From contig JBAZWB010000001.1 of NCBI GenBank assembly GCA_041660605.1, forward strand, positions 558,503 to 622,502: a stretch of DNA of 64,000 bases, in the 5' to 3' direction. Positions 9,207 to 18,311 of this stretch are shown piece by piece. Each line of letters starts with the position of its first letter. Within the stretch, counting starts at the first letter, position 1. The notes below the pieces were generated by a model. The model worked only from the letters and a program-made list of their open reading frames with translations, made no database searches and was not told the DNA's origin. Origin of the DNA: Patescibacteria group bacterium. GTDB taxonomy: Bacteria > Patescibacteriota > Patescibacteriia > UBA10025 > JAHIVO01. The translations under genes and the position numbers were made by a program.

Positions 9207-10928
9207 ATGAAAAGCAGGCTTACATTAATAATTATTATTAGCATAGCCTTTCTTTGGCTGCCTTTAAAATCAGTAAAAGCAGCTGAAATTGTTGATTCTT
9301 TTGAGACCAATATTGAGATCAATAAAGACAGCAGTTTTAAGGTAACTGAGACAATTAATTATGATTTTGGAGATGGCAGCAGCCATGGTATTTACAGGAA
9401 GATCCCTTATAGTTACTCACGAAATTCTGCTAAATACAATATCAGGATGAAGGTTTTATCGGTTACCGATGAAAATGGGAATGCCTGGGAATACACTACC
9501 TCAAGGCTAGGCGGGGAATTATCGATAAAAATTGGAAATTCCAACGTCTATGTGACCGGTAAACACCAATTTAATATTATTTATGAAGTCCAAAGGGCAA
9601 TCAACTATTTTTCAGATCATGATGAACTGTACTGGAATGTAACCGGCGATAAATGGGAAGTGCCGATCAGCTCAGTCGTAGCGCAAATCTTCGTTCCAGG
9701 GAGCGTCAATCAATCAGATTTCAAAATGACATGCTATACTGGTGCATTTGGTTCAGCCGCTCAGAACTGTCAAAATTCAGTTACCGGTGATAACATTGAT
9801 TTCAATGCCGTTGATCTCGGTGCGTATGAGAACCTGAGCGTGGTCCTTGGTTGGCCCAAAGGGATTACTAATAAACCGACATCCAGCCAGCAGGTTGGCT
9901 GGTTCCTTGCAGATAATTGGCCGGTTTTTATCCCATTGTTTTTTCTCATAATTATGTTTTATTTATGGTACACCCGCGGCCGTGACCCGAAAGGTAAAGG
10001 CACTATAGTTCCACAGTATGAACCTGTGGATAAAATCACTGCTGGAGAGTTAGGGACGGTGGTTGATGAAAGAGTTGACTTAAAAGATATCTCTGCCACA
10101 ATAATCCAGTTGGCCGTTAAAGGTTATTTAAAAATCCGGGAGGTCGAAGAAAAAAAGCTATTTAAGAATTCTAAAAATTACGATCTGATAAAGCTAAAGG
10201 AAGCTGATGATAAGTTATTGAAATTTGAAAAATTAGTTTTCAATGGAATTTTTGATTCAAAAAAATCAATAAACATATCTGATTTAAAAAATAAATTCTA
10301 TGTACATCTTAAGGATATTAAACAATCAATGTATGATCTAGTAGTGACAGACGGTTATTTCCCATCCGATCCGGAATCGGTCAGAAGGATTTACTTAGGC
10401 ATATCTGCTTTGATCCTGCCAATTGGTTTTTTTATCTTCATCGGTTTTTCTAACTCCTTAGCCGGATTTAGCATGATCGCTATTGGTATGATCGCTATGA
10501 TATTCTCCCGCGCCATGCCCAGGAGAACGAAGAAAGGTGCCGAAGCGCACGAACATATACTTGGATTCAAATGGTTTTTATCAGTGACCGAAACCGAAAG
10601 ATTAAAGTTTCATAATGCGCCAGATAAATCGCCCAAACAATTTGAAGAATTTTTACCATACGCCATGGCTCTGGGTGTGGAAAACGAATGGGCTAAACAG
10701 TTTGCTGGCATTTATTTGACTCCGCCTGATTGGTATGAGGGACGGGTTGGCACTGCTTTTGGTGCCTGGTATTTAGCCAGTTCACTTGGATCATTTTCCA
10801 CCAATATGAATCAGGCAATGGTTGCTTCTCCCAGAGGAACCTCAACGGCTGGTTTTGGCGGCTCTGGTTTTGGCGGCGGAGGCTTTTCTGGCGGTGGTTT
10901 TGGCGGCGGGGGAGGGGGAAGCTGGTAA
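9207..10928 (+). CDS. DUF2207-type membrane protein
   Basis: Signal peptide, HGIYR, DELYWNVTG, LPYAMALG and Gly-rich GGGGGSW C-terminus. Confidence 0.88.
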   Translation: MKSRLTLIIIISIAFLWLPLKSVKAAEIVDSFETNIEINKDSSFKVTETINYDFGDGSSHGIYRKIPYSYSRNSAKYNIRMKVLSVTDENGNAWEYTTSRLGGELSIKIGNSNVYVTGKHQFNIIYEVQRAINYFSDHDELYWNVTGDKWEVPISSVVAQIFVPGSVNQSDFKMTCYTGAFGSAAQNCQNSVTGDNIDFNAVDLGAYENLSVVLGWPKGITNKPTSSQQVGWFLADNWPVFIPLFFLIIMFYLWYTRGRDPKGKGTIVPQYEPVDKITAGELGTVVDERVDLKDISATIIQLAVKGYLKIREVEEKKLFKNSKNYDLIKLKEADDKLLKFEKLVFNGIFDSKKSINISDLKNKFYVHLKDIKQSMYDLVVTDGYFPSDPESVRRIYLGISALILPIGFFIFIGFSNSLAGFSMIAIGMIAMIFSRAMPRRTKKGAEAHEHILGFKWFLSVTETERLKFHNAPDKSPKQFEEFLPYAMALGVENEWAKQFAGIYLTPPDWYEGRVGTAFGAWYLASSLGSFSTNMNQAMVASPRGTSTAGFGGSGFGGGGFSGGGFGGGGGGSW

Positions 10929-11071
10929 ATCTCATTTTTAACTATAAATTATCCACTTGACATATTCCATATATATGGTAACTTTATGCGAAGCTTAATA
11001 GCACCTTGATATAGTACATTTTTAAGGAATCTTGTCAGCCATAGAAAATCTAATAATTAATTATTAGGACT

Positions 11072-11263
11072 ATGACTTACGAGTTCATGGTCCTTTTTGG
11101 TGGAAGTCTCGTTTTTATTTCGCTGCGGCGCAATAATCACAGTAGGCATTCACGAAAAAGGATACCACAATCACTCAAAATAATCGGCTTTCTTGTCGAG
11201 TTGGCAGTTGTAACAGTCGGAGTTTCTACGTTGATGATTGGATTAATCGGTTTTTTGAGATAG
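11072..11263 (+). CDS. Small 2-TM orphan protein
   Basis: 63 aa with two hydrophobic helices; AGGA RBS, TTGACA at 10957 and a terminator after the stop. Confidence 0.55.
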   Translation: MTYEFMVLFGGSLVFISLRRNNHSRHSRKRIPQSLKIIGFLVELAVVTVGVSTLMIGLIGFLR

Positions 11264-11269
11264 ATGTGT

Positions 11270-11307
11270 AAAGACTTGGATCTACGGATTCAAGTCTTTT
11301 CTTTTTT
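11270..11307 (+). terminator. Intrinsic terminator
   Basis: aaagacttggatc-tacg-gattcaagtcttt followed by a T-rich tract. Confidence 0.7.
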
Positions 11308-11312
11308 AATGC

Positions 11313-11353
11313 TTGACAAGACCATTCTTTTAGTATATAATTAGTATATACTA
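11313..11353 (+). promoter_or_regulatory. Consensus promoter with overlapping candidate operator
   Basis: TTGACA-N17-TATAAT (11313-11341); TAGTATATA repeated at 11331 and 11342; palindrome TAGTATATACTA at 11342-11353. Confidence 0.7.
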
Positions 11354-11385
11354 TTTAATTACTAACACTATAAGAACCATATAAC

Positions 11386-11562
11386 ATGACTAAATATCAT
11401 CCGAAAATAACGCGTAAGATCTTCCAAACCGGGAAATATAGTTATATAATTACCATACCCAAAGATTTGATCAGGTATCTGGGATGGCAAAAAGGTGATA
11501 GTATTGAAATGGATGTTGATAAGGCCGGTAAAAAGCTTTTAATTAGTAAATTTAAATTTTAA
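11386..11562 (+). CDS. AbrB/MazE/SpoVT-like DNA-binding protein (58 aa, not in ORF track)
   Basis: Hand translation MTKYHPKITRKIFQTGKYSYIITIPKDLIRYLGWQKGDSIEMDVDKAGKKLLISKFKF fits the swapped-hairpin pattern RK...G.S..ITIPK.....LGW..GD. Confidence 0.8.
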   Translation: MTKYHPKITRKIFQTGKYSYIITIPKDLIRYLGWQKGDSIEMDVDKAGKKLLISKFKF

Positions 11563-11567
11563 GAAAT

Positions 11568-12038
11568 ATGCTTAATATAATAATAATCTGTGTTGGTAGC
11601 GTCAAAGAGTCATTTTGGCGGGAGGCAATCAGTGAATATACTAAAAGACTTTCGCCATATGCAAAAATCGAGATCAAAGAAATTCCTGAGGAAAAAATAA
11701 GTAAAATTACCGATCGCCAGAGAATTTTAAAAATTGAAGGAGAGAAAATCAGTAAAGCCATTCCCGATAGGGCATTTATAGTAGCCTTAGAACGGAATGG
11801 CGTAACGTTTAATAGTGTTGAATGGGCAAAAAAACTTGACGAATGGTCTTTACACGGGCAGCAGATAGTTTTTATTATTGGCGGGCCGTTAGGTTTATAC
11901 TCGGAAATACTCAAACGTGCCGCAGTCTTGCTGTCATTTTCTAAAATGACTTTTACCCATCAAATGTCGCAAATTGTACTGCTTGAACAGATTTATCGCG
12001 GAGTAATGATTACACGCGGTAAAATCTACCATTACTAA
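11568..12038 (+). CDS. rlmH: 23S rRNA pseudouridine-1915 N3-methyltransferase
   Basis: EYTKRL, FIIGGPLG, SFSKMTFTHQM, LLEQIYR and YH C-terminus. Confidence 0.95.
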   Translation: MLNIIIICVGSVKESFWREAISEYTKRLSPYAKIEIKEIPEEKISKITDRQRILKIEGEKISKAIPDRAFIVALERNGVTFNSVEWAKKLDEWSLHGQQIVFIIGGPLGLYSEILKRAAVLLSFSKMTFTHQMSQIVLLEQIYRGVMITRGKIYHY

Positions 12039-12102
12039 TTATATTTGGCGAAAATTTAAAACATTCCCAAAAGGCGTGTTTTTTGTTAGAATAAATTAAT
12101 AT

Positions 12103-12198
12103 CCTCAGCCAGCCCGCTCCGCTTCGCGGAGCGAGGCCGGGGAGGCTGATCCCCGCCCACCTGCTACCTCAGGTAGCGGGCGCGGCGCCTTTGGCGGA
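12103..12198. repeat. Nested GC-rich palindromic (REP-like) elements
   Basis: Hairpins cgctccgc-ttc-gcggagcg and cctgctacc-tca-ggtagcggg plus cgcctttggcg in an AT-rich context. Confidence 0.6.
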
Positions 12199-12215
12199 AA
12201 TTAATAAAAATATCA

Positions 12216-13217
12216 ATGAAACTTAGGAATATAACTTTGTTCGCTTCACTGGCAATTATGTTTGCTGCTTTTTTATGGGCTTTTGACGGTGTGGTTCTGA
12301 CTCCATGGGTGCAGAATTTAGGCCTGTCTGATGTGCCCACTTTTGTTTTTATGCTGCATATAACTGCATCAGTTTTTTTAACATATTTTTTAATAAAAAA
12401 ATGGAATGAATTAAAAAACTTACAAAAGCCTGACTGGTTGGCGTTTGTCTTAACGGCCATATTTGGAGGAGCACTCGGTACCATGGCTATTGTTGCCGCC
12501 ATATTGAAAGTTTACAGCGCCGGGATGAATATCAGCGTTGTTTTGCTTTTGCAAAAGATACAGCCAGTTTTTGCTATTTTACTGGCACTGCTGATGCTGA
12601 AAGAAAAGCCCAGGAAAATATTTTATTGGCTGGCTGTTTTATCATTAATTGGCAGTTATTTGCTGACTTTTGGTTTTGCCCGACCTGATCTAAGCGCTCA
12701 GGGTATGCTGATACCAGCGCTATTAGCGATTCTTGCCTCATTTTCGTTCGGTTCTTCAACAGTTTTTTCAAAAAAAGCCATAACTAAAGTCAGTCATGGC
12801 ATGGGTACGGCCCTGAGATTTTTTCTGACTACTTTAATAATGCTAATTGTTATTACGGTAATTTCATTATTAAATCGTGGCGGGATAAATACAACTTATG
12901 CCGGCTTCTCTGGATTTAATGCTTTAAATGGAAATTTAATTGGCGCATTTATCGTTATCGCCCTAACCACCGGCGGTACAGCAATCTTCATCTATTATTG
13001 GGGTCTGAAGAGAGTGCAGGCTACGCGCTCGACAATTTTAGAACTGATGTTTCCTGTTAGTGCCGTGGTGCTGGAATATTTAATTCACGGAAAAGTCCTG
13101 AATTTTGGGCAATGGATAGGAGCAGTTATTGTCGTGGTTTCGATTTATTTTATAGTTCGACCAAAAAATTCCCTCGTTACTAATGGCGCAATTCCTACAA
13201 AAGATCAGCAAATATAA
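12216..13217 (+). CDS. DMT/EamA family transporter
   Basis: About 10 TM segments in two EamA-like halves; LLQKIQPVFA..LA...LKE. Confidence 0.88.
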   Translation: MKLRNITLFASLAIMFAAFLWAFDGVVLTPWVQNLGLSDVPTFVFMLHITASVFLTYFLIKKWNELKNLQKPDWLAFVLTAIFGGALGTMAIVAAILKVYSAGMNISVVLLLQKIQPVFAILLALLMLKEKPRKIFYWLAVLSLIGSYLLTFGFARPDLSAQGMLIPALLAILASFSFGSSTVFSKKAITKVSHGMGTALRFFLTTLIMLIVITVISLLNRGGINTTYAGFSGFNALNGNLIGAFIVIALTTGGTAIFIYYWGLKRVQATRSTILELMFPVSAVVLEYLIHGKVLNFGQWIGAVIVVVSIYFIVRPKNSLVTNGAIPTKDQQI

Positions 13218-14835
13218 GCTGGAATTAATATTGGCGGTTATTGTCTTAGCGAGCCGTCTGCCTTTGATGTCAAAATATTTTTACAGCTGGGATGCGGCCC
13301 AGCTTTCTTTGGCATTCAAGCATTTCGATATTTCCATGCACCAGCCGCATCCGCCTGGCTATATTTTATATGTTTTTTTAGGTAAACTGATATTTTATTT
13401 AACAGGCAATGCCAACCTCGCTTATGTAATTTTAAGCATTATCGCCACTATTGTGGCGGCTGTATTATTTTATCATTTACTTAAGCTTTTATTAAAAGAT
13501 ATTCGTACATCATTTTTGATATCTTTAGCGCTGGTTTTTAATCCATATTTTTGGTACTACGGTGAAGTGACTTCAACCTATATATTTGATGCGCTTTTTT
13601 CAATGCTTTTTGTTTATTTTGCAGTATTAATTATAAAAAAAGAGGAATGGCGCTATTTTTATTATTTTTCTGCGGCTCTGGCTTTATCAGGCGGTTTCCG
13701 CCAAAGTATCGTGATTTTATTTGTACCTATGTGGGTCTATTTACTCGTACTGTTTATAATCCGTAAGAATTTTAATTTGAAAAAAATATTGATCAGCTGT
13801 CTAGTTGGGTTGCTATTTTTAGGGGTGTGGCTGGTGCCATTACTAATTATTACCGGCGGTTGGCATGAATGGTGGGGAACTTCACAGTATCAATGGTCAG
13901 CCGCCAGCCAGCCAACTTCTATATTTGCCGACGCCAGTCTGGCAGTAGTGAAAGATAATTTTTTACAAATTGTTAAGGTAAGCTTAGCCGTAATAAATGC
14001 CTGTCTACTTGGAATAATTGCCTTGTTGTTTGGATGGAAAAAATGGCGGAATTTCAGCATAAAAAATCATTTAATCAGAAATCCGCAATTTTATCTTTTT
14101 GTATTATGGCTTGGCGCCTCTTATTTTGTCTATATATTTATGCATTTTGGCAACCGCGGTTATTTGATGACAGTGGTGGCTGCTTTTGTAATTATGCTCT
14201 TAAACCCCATAGTCTGGTTCGCAAAAAATAAATGGGTTATATCATTAATTATAATTATTTTATTGGCCGAAATCGGCAGTTTTCTGGCAATTGATTCTTC
14301 GCTTGTCAGGAATAATAATATATTAAACCGAGTACGCACAAAGATATATAGTTATAATATCTGGAAAAATTATTTCGCTTACCAGGGTATCAGGGGTTTT
14401 GATGATGAAATAGGGGAGTATTTAGTGGCCATTGAAAAATACAATCCTGAAACAACGGCCGTAATGACGCACCACGGTTGGCAGTACCGTTTACCAGGCT
14501 CAGAAACCTGGGTGCGTGATTATACGGAGCTTTTCCGGCATTATAGTTATTACCTGCCTCAATACAGTGTCTATGAAACATTGTGGGGAAATTCGAAAAT
14601 GTTTTTTTATGAAAAAGATCATATAATGTCATTAGTAAGCTCGCAGACAATATCTCTGCCAGCTAAAATAAATAAAATAGTAATCATTGCTGAAGAAATT
14701 GACAGGGATATTATTAAGAAAGACAATATCAAATTTGACGTACTGCCAAGTGGCAGAAAATTATTTTATATTAATTTGTCTGTAGGCAGTGCCCAACCTT
14801 ACGGAAATTATACAATAAATAATAATTTAAAATAA
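13183..14835 (+). CDS. Polytopic GT-C fold glycosyltransferase-like protein
   Basis: WD...HQPHPPGY first loop, many TM segments, soluble C-terminal domain. Confidence 0.7.
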   Translation: MAQFLQKISKYKLELILAVIVLASRLPLMSKYFYSWDAAQLSLAFKHFDISMHQPHPPGYILYVFLGKLIFYLTGNANLAYVILSIIATIVAAVLFYHLLKLLLKDIRTSFLISLALVFNPYFWYYGEVTSTYIFDALFSMLFVYFAVLIIKKEEWRYFYYFSAALALSGGFRQSIVILFVPMWVYLLVLFIIRKNFNLKKILISCLVGLLFLGVWLVPLLIITGGWHEWWGTSQYQWSAASQPTSIFADASLAVVKDNFLQIVKVSLAVINACLLGIIALLFGWKKWRNFSIKNHLIRNPQFYLFVLWLGASYFVYIFMHFGNRGYLMTVVAAFVIMLLNPIVWFAKNKWVISLIIIILLAEIGSFLAIDSSLVRNNNILNRVRTKIYSYNIWKNYFAYQGIRGFDDEIGEYLVAIEKYNPETTAVMTHHGWQYRLPGSETWVRDYTELFRHYSYYLPQYSVYETLWGNSKMFFYEKDHIMSLVSSQTISLPAKINKIVIIAEEIDRDIIKKDNIKFDVLPSGRKLFYINLSVGSAQPYGNYTINNNLK

Positions 14836-14848
14836 ATTTGGACTTTTA

Positions 14849-14945
14849 GACCCCCTCGCTTTCGCTCGGGGCAAAATTTTTAGTAGCACTGGGCCCTCAC
14901 TATGCTCGGGGCAGTTTTAGGTCCTTCGCTACGCTCAGGGCGAAC
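14849..14945. repeat. Three tandem REP-like units
   Basis: ccccctcgctttcgctcggggc, gccctcactatgctcggggc, gtccttcgctacgctcagggc. Confidence 0.7.
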
Positions 14946-14960
14946 ATGCAAATCAAAAAT

Positions 14961-14989
14961 TTGCATGTTCGGTTTTTATTCGGTATAAT
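14961..14989 (+). promoter_or_regulatory. Promoter with TTCGG-N6-TTCGG direct repeat in the spacer (candidate repressor site)
   Basis: TTGCAT-N17-TATAAT; repeat at 14968-14983; ATG 6 nt after the -10. Confidence 0.65.
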
Positions 14990-14995
14990 ATAATC

Positions 14996-15280
14996 ATGAC
15001 AGTTATCTATGAAAAGCCACATGAAATAATTCGTGTCTTCGCGGATTTTCAAGTTCCGCACCTTGGAAAAGGTGCGGTGGAGCGTTTTGGGAATGTACGG
15101 CCGGTGGCTTTTTTTTGGGGCGGACGGCGGTATGAAGTAAAAAAAGTCAATCTGATTTTTCGCAAGCAAAGAGGAGACCGTTATGACATTTGCTTCGCGG
15201 TTTCCGATGAGGCCAACGCTTTTGTCTTATCATATAATCCGGAGAGCATGGAGTGGTGGCTGGAGGAAGTACGATGTTAA
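14996..15280 (+). CDS. Small beta-rich protein upstream of dinB
   Basis: 94 aa; P..F.WGGRRYEV...F.VSD....F.L.Y......WWL pattern; own promoter. Confidence 0.7.
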   Translation: MTVIYEKPHEIIRVFADFQVPHLGKGAVERFGNVRPVAFFWGGRRYEVKKVNLIFRKQRGDRYDICFAVSDEANAFVLSYNPESMEWWLEEVRC

Positions 15281-15286
15281 TTAATA

Positions 15287-15378
15287 GTCACTCTGAGTGC
15301 AACGAAGAGTCACCTGACCTTCGGTCAGGAGATTCTCGCGTCGCTCCCTCACTTTGTTCGGGGCTCCTCAGAATGACA
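15287..15378. repeat. Palindromic miniature element (GTCA.TCTGAG...CTCAGAATGAC type) with a nested REP-like unit
   Basis: Ends gtcactctgag/ctcagaatgac; internal cctgacc-ttc-ggtcagg and ccctcactttgttcgggg. Confidence 0.7.
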
Positions 15379-15398
15379 GAAAATGAACCGTTTATATT

Positions 15399-15494
15399 AT
15401 GCGACGAATTATCCTCCATTTCGACCCCGCATTTTTGATTATTCTATCTGGGTGCGGGGTGTCGCCCCACGGAAGAGAGAATTGTTTATTATAA
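15399..15494 (+). pseudogene. Remnant duplicate dinB 5' end interrupted by palindromic repeats
   Basis: Encodes MRRIILHFD, matching DinB MKHKRIILHFD, then runs into gaccccgca...tgcggggt and gccccacg...cgtggggc. Confidence 0.6.
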
Positions 15495-15527
15495 CTGAGT
15501 GCCTCGTGGGGCTCCACATGAATTATT

Positions 15528-16787
15528 ATGAAGCATAAGCGCATTATTTTACATTTTGATATGAATTCATATTTCGCCAGCGTGGAGCAGCAGGCTAACC
15601 CTTTTTTGCGGGGCAAACCGCTGGGAGTATGCTCAACCATGTCATACCGCGGCTGCATTATCGCTTCGTCAAAGGAAGCAAAAAAAGTCGGGATTAAAAC
15701 CGGCTGCCGCGTCAATGAAGCCCTGGAGATTTATAAAGATGTTATCCTGGTGGAAGTTGATCCGCCGAAGTATCGCTCTACTACTCAGCGGATTTTTTCC
15801 TTGTGTGCGGAATACACCGAGCAGATTGAGGCTTACTCCATTGATGAGGCGTTTCTGGATCTGACCGGCACGGTAAGTTCGCTTGAAGAGGCTGAAAAAA
15901 TCGCCAGGGAGATCCAGCTGCGCATTAAAAATGAAATAGGCGAGTGGCTAGGATGTTCAATGGGCATAGCGCCGACGCGCTGGCTGGCTAAATTTGGCAG
16001 CGACACCGCGCCTAAGGGTGGCATTGTTTTATTGGCCAGAGAAAATTTGCATCAGTATTTAAAAGGCCGCGACGTGCAGGAGGCCTGGGGGATTGCCGGA
16101 GCCATGGCCAGCCGCTTGGCAGAGTGCGGTATCTATACTCTTGACCAGCTGGCAGATTATCCGGTGCAGAACCTGATTTCCGTCATGGGCATCCAGGGAT
16201 ATTATTTATGGGCCAACGTGAATGGGATGGAACTGTCCGGCCTGGAGGTGAAGCGGCCGCCTAAGACCATCGGGCATTCGCATGTCCTGAAAAAGCGCAG
16301 TACCGACGCCAAGTTCAATCAGGCAGTGATTATGCGTTTGGCTGAGCGGACGGGCCGGCGCCTGCGCGACCAAGGCCTTGAAGCCCATGGCATCTATTGG
16401 GCTGTACAGTTTGACGACCGCGAAGGGCTCCATGGCAGCAAAAGGCTGGGCTATCCCATGCTGACTACCAGCCAGATCTTTCATTTTGTCTGGCAGACAG
16501 TGGCGCCGGCGGTGGCCAGGAACAAGCCGGGGTTTTTTGCCCTGGGTCTTTTCGGCTTGCGGCCGCAGGTGAACCAACTGTCGCTTTTTAGCGGTAAAAA
16601 AAGGCTGTCGCCGGAATTGTCGCGGGCTTTGGACGAGATAAATAATAAATACGGCGAAGAAACGGTGGTTCAGGGGCCATTGATAAATCTTGACGGCAGG
16701 CATGTGCCTGACCGCGTCGGGTTCAGAAAAACGATGGAAGCGGAGTTCAGCGGTATTGGCAATGAATACATCAGTGAAAGTGACTAG
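15528..16787 (+). CDS. dinB: DNA polymerase IV (Y-family)
   Basis: HFDMNSYFASVEQ, ASSKEAKKVG, YSIDEAFLD and PPKTIGHS motifs. Confidence 0.95.
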   Translation: MKHKRIILHFDMNSYFASVEQQANPFLRGKPLGVCSTMSYRGCIIASSKEAKKVGIKTGCRVNEALEIYKDVILVEVDPPKYRSTTQRIFSLCAEYTEQIEAYSIDEAFLDLTGTVSSLEEAEKIAREIQLRIKNEIGEWLGCSMGIAPTRWLAKFGSDTAPKGGIVLLARENLHQYLKGRDVQEAWGIAGAMASRLAECGIYTLDQLADYPVQNLISVMGIQGYYLWANVNGMELSGLEVKRPPKTIGHSHVLKKRSTDAKFNQAVIMRLAERTGRRLRDQGLEAHGIYWAVQFDDREGLHGSKRLGYPMLTTSQIFHFVWQTVAPAVARNKPGFFALGLFGLRPQVNQLSLFSGKKRLSPELSRALDEINNKYGEETVVQGPLINLDGRHVPDRVGFRKTMEAEFSGIGNEYISESD

Positions 16788-16791
16788 ATGC

Positions 16792-16820
16792 TTGCAAGGG
16801 AAAAATAACTGTGCTATAGT
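16792..16820 (+). promoter_or_regulatory. trp leader promoter
   Basis: TTGCAA-N17-TATAGT with extended TG; ATG 6 nt downstream. Confidence 0.7.
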
Positions 16821-16826
16821 GCAGGC

Positions 16827-16880
16827 ATGAATATTTTAGCAGCAAATAATAATTGGCAAACTGCCCTGAAAGCTGGGTAG
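16827..16880 (+). CDS. Trp-containing leader peptide MNILAANNNWQTALKAG
   Basis: Leaderless 17-aa ORF with TGG at 16854 just before attenuator segment 1. Confidence 0.7.
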   Translation: MNILAANNNWQTALKAG

Positions 16881-16938
16881 TGTTGTGCTGTTAAAGTAAT
16901 TTATTTGATAAGCACTGCCCAGCTAGGGCAGTTTTTTT
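16858..16938 (+). promoter_or_regulatory. Transcription attenuator of trpB
   Basis: 1:2 actgccc/gggtagt; 2:3 agctgggtagtg/cactgcccagct (12 bp, one G-U); 3:4 actgccc-agcta-gggcagt plus U tract. Confidence 0.8.
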
Positions 16939-17042
16939 GTTATATATATGAGAAAAATATATTTTATGAAAAACAGATGTACGTTTAAGTGGCGATTTTC
17001 GTTGAATTATTGTGTTTGATTAATAAATTAATAATTACACTT

Positions 17043-18257
17043 ATGAATTCGCAAAATTTTAAAGTAAAAGCAACTCCTGATAAACTGGGTTTTTTTGGCA
17101 AATATGGCGGACAGCACGTACCCCCGCAGTTAAAGTTAGAATTAGATAAAATTACCTCTGCTTATTTGGCAGCAAAAAAAGATAAGGAATTTCAGGAAGA
17201 ATTAAGTTCATTGCTGAGAGATTACGTCGGCCGGCCGTCTCCATTGTATTTTGCTAAAAATTTAACAAAATATCTGGGTGGTGCGAAAGTGTATTTGAAA
17301 CGTGAGGATTTAAATCATACCGGCGCCCATAAAATCAACCACACATTGGGAGAGGCTTTACTGGCCAAAAGGATGGGGAAAAAGATTTTGCTGGCAGAAA
17401 CAGGAGCTGGGCAGCATGGAGTGGCTCTTTCTACGGCGGCAGTAATAGTAGGCTTGAAAGCGGAAATCCATATGGGTGCGATTGACTACGCCAAACAGCA
17501 TCCAAATGTTGTGCGCATGAAACTGCTGGGAGCGAAAGTCGTAAAAGTTGAAACCGGCGGACGCTGCCTGAAAGATGCGGTTGATAGCGCTTTCAACGCA
17601 TATATGCAGGATTTTGATAATACATTTTTTGGCATTGGTTCGGTTGTCGGTCCGCATCCATATCCGATGATGATCCGTGATTTCCAGTCAGTTGTCGGAC
17701 GCGAAGCGCGCAGGCAGATAATGGAACACACCGGAAAATTGCCTGATTATCTTATTGCCTGCGTTGGCGGAGGTTCAAATGCCATTGGCTTATTCCATGA
17801 ATTCATCGGTGATCAGATAAAAATGATCGGCGTTGAAGCCGGCGGCAGGGGGTTAGCAAAATTAGGCGATCATGCGGCTACCCTAACGCTGGGTCAGCCT
17901 GGCGTGATACATGGCATGTATACTTATCTGCTTCAGGATGAAAAAGGAGAACCGGCGCCGGTGCATTCCATTGCCTCAGGCCTGGATTATCCAGGCATCG
18001 GTCCGGCGCATTCAGAATTTAAAGACACCGGGCGGGTTAGCTATACAGTAGCTAATGATCAGGAAGCACTGGCGGCCTTTCAATTACTTTCAAAAATTGA
18101 AGGCATAATTCCGGCTCTTGAAAGCGCGCATGCCTTGGCGGAAGTGGTTAAATTGGCACCGACGCTAGATAAAAGCAAAGTAATCATACTAAATTTATCC
18201 GGCCGGGGAGACAAGGACGTGGATTATGTAGCAGAGCAGATCGGATTATCAGTATAG
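17043..18257 (+). CDS. trpB: Tryptophan synthase beta chain, stand-alone
   Basis: [14 protein letters not shown] (PLP lysine), [23 protein letters not shown] and NLSGRGDKD; ATG 17043 preferred over GTG 16989. Confidence 0.96.
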   Translation: MNSQNFKVKATPDKLGFFGKYGGQHVPPQLKLELDKITSAYLAAKKDKEFQEELSSLLRDYVGRPSPLYFAKNLTKYLGGAKVYLKREDLNHTGAHKINHTLGEALLAKRMGKKILLAETGAGQHGVALSTAAVIVGLKAEIHMGAIDYAKQHPNVVRMKLLGAKVVKVETGGRCLKDAVDSAFNAYMQDFDNTFFGIGSVVGPHPYPMMIRDFQSVVGREARRQIMEHTGKLPDYLIACVGGGSNAIGLFHEFIGDQIKMIGVEAGGRGLAKLGDHAATLTLGQPGVIHGMYTYLLQDEKGEPAPVHSIASGLDYPGIGPAHSEFKDTGRVSYTVANDQEALAAFQLLSKIEGIIPALESAHALAEVVKLAPTLDKSKVIILNLSGRGDKDVDYVAEQIGLSV

Positions 18258-18273
18258 ATTATTTATTAATAAT

Positions 18274-18303
18274 AAAAGCGGCGTTTTTATAGACGTCGCT
18301 TTT
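18274..18303. terminator. Bidirectional terminator between trpB and the convergent orphan
   Basis: aaaagcggcgttt-ttat-agacgtcgctttt. Confidence 0.7.
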
Positions 18304-18311
18304 GTTGTTTT

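Noticed and set aside
14849-15512. CRISPR array
   Set aside because: Units are degenerate, irregularly spaced palindromes without unique 30-40 nt spacers, and no cas genes are present.
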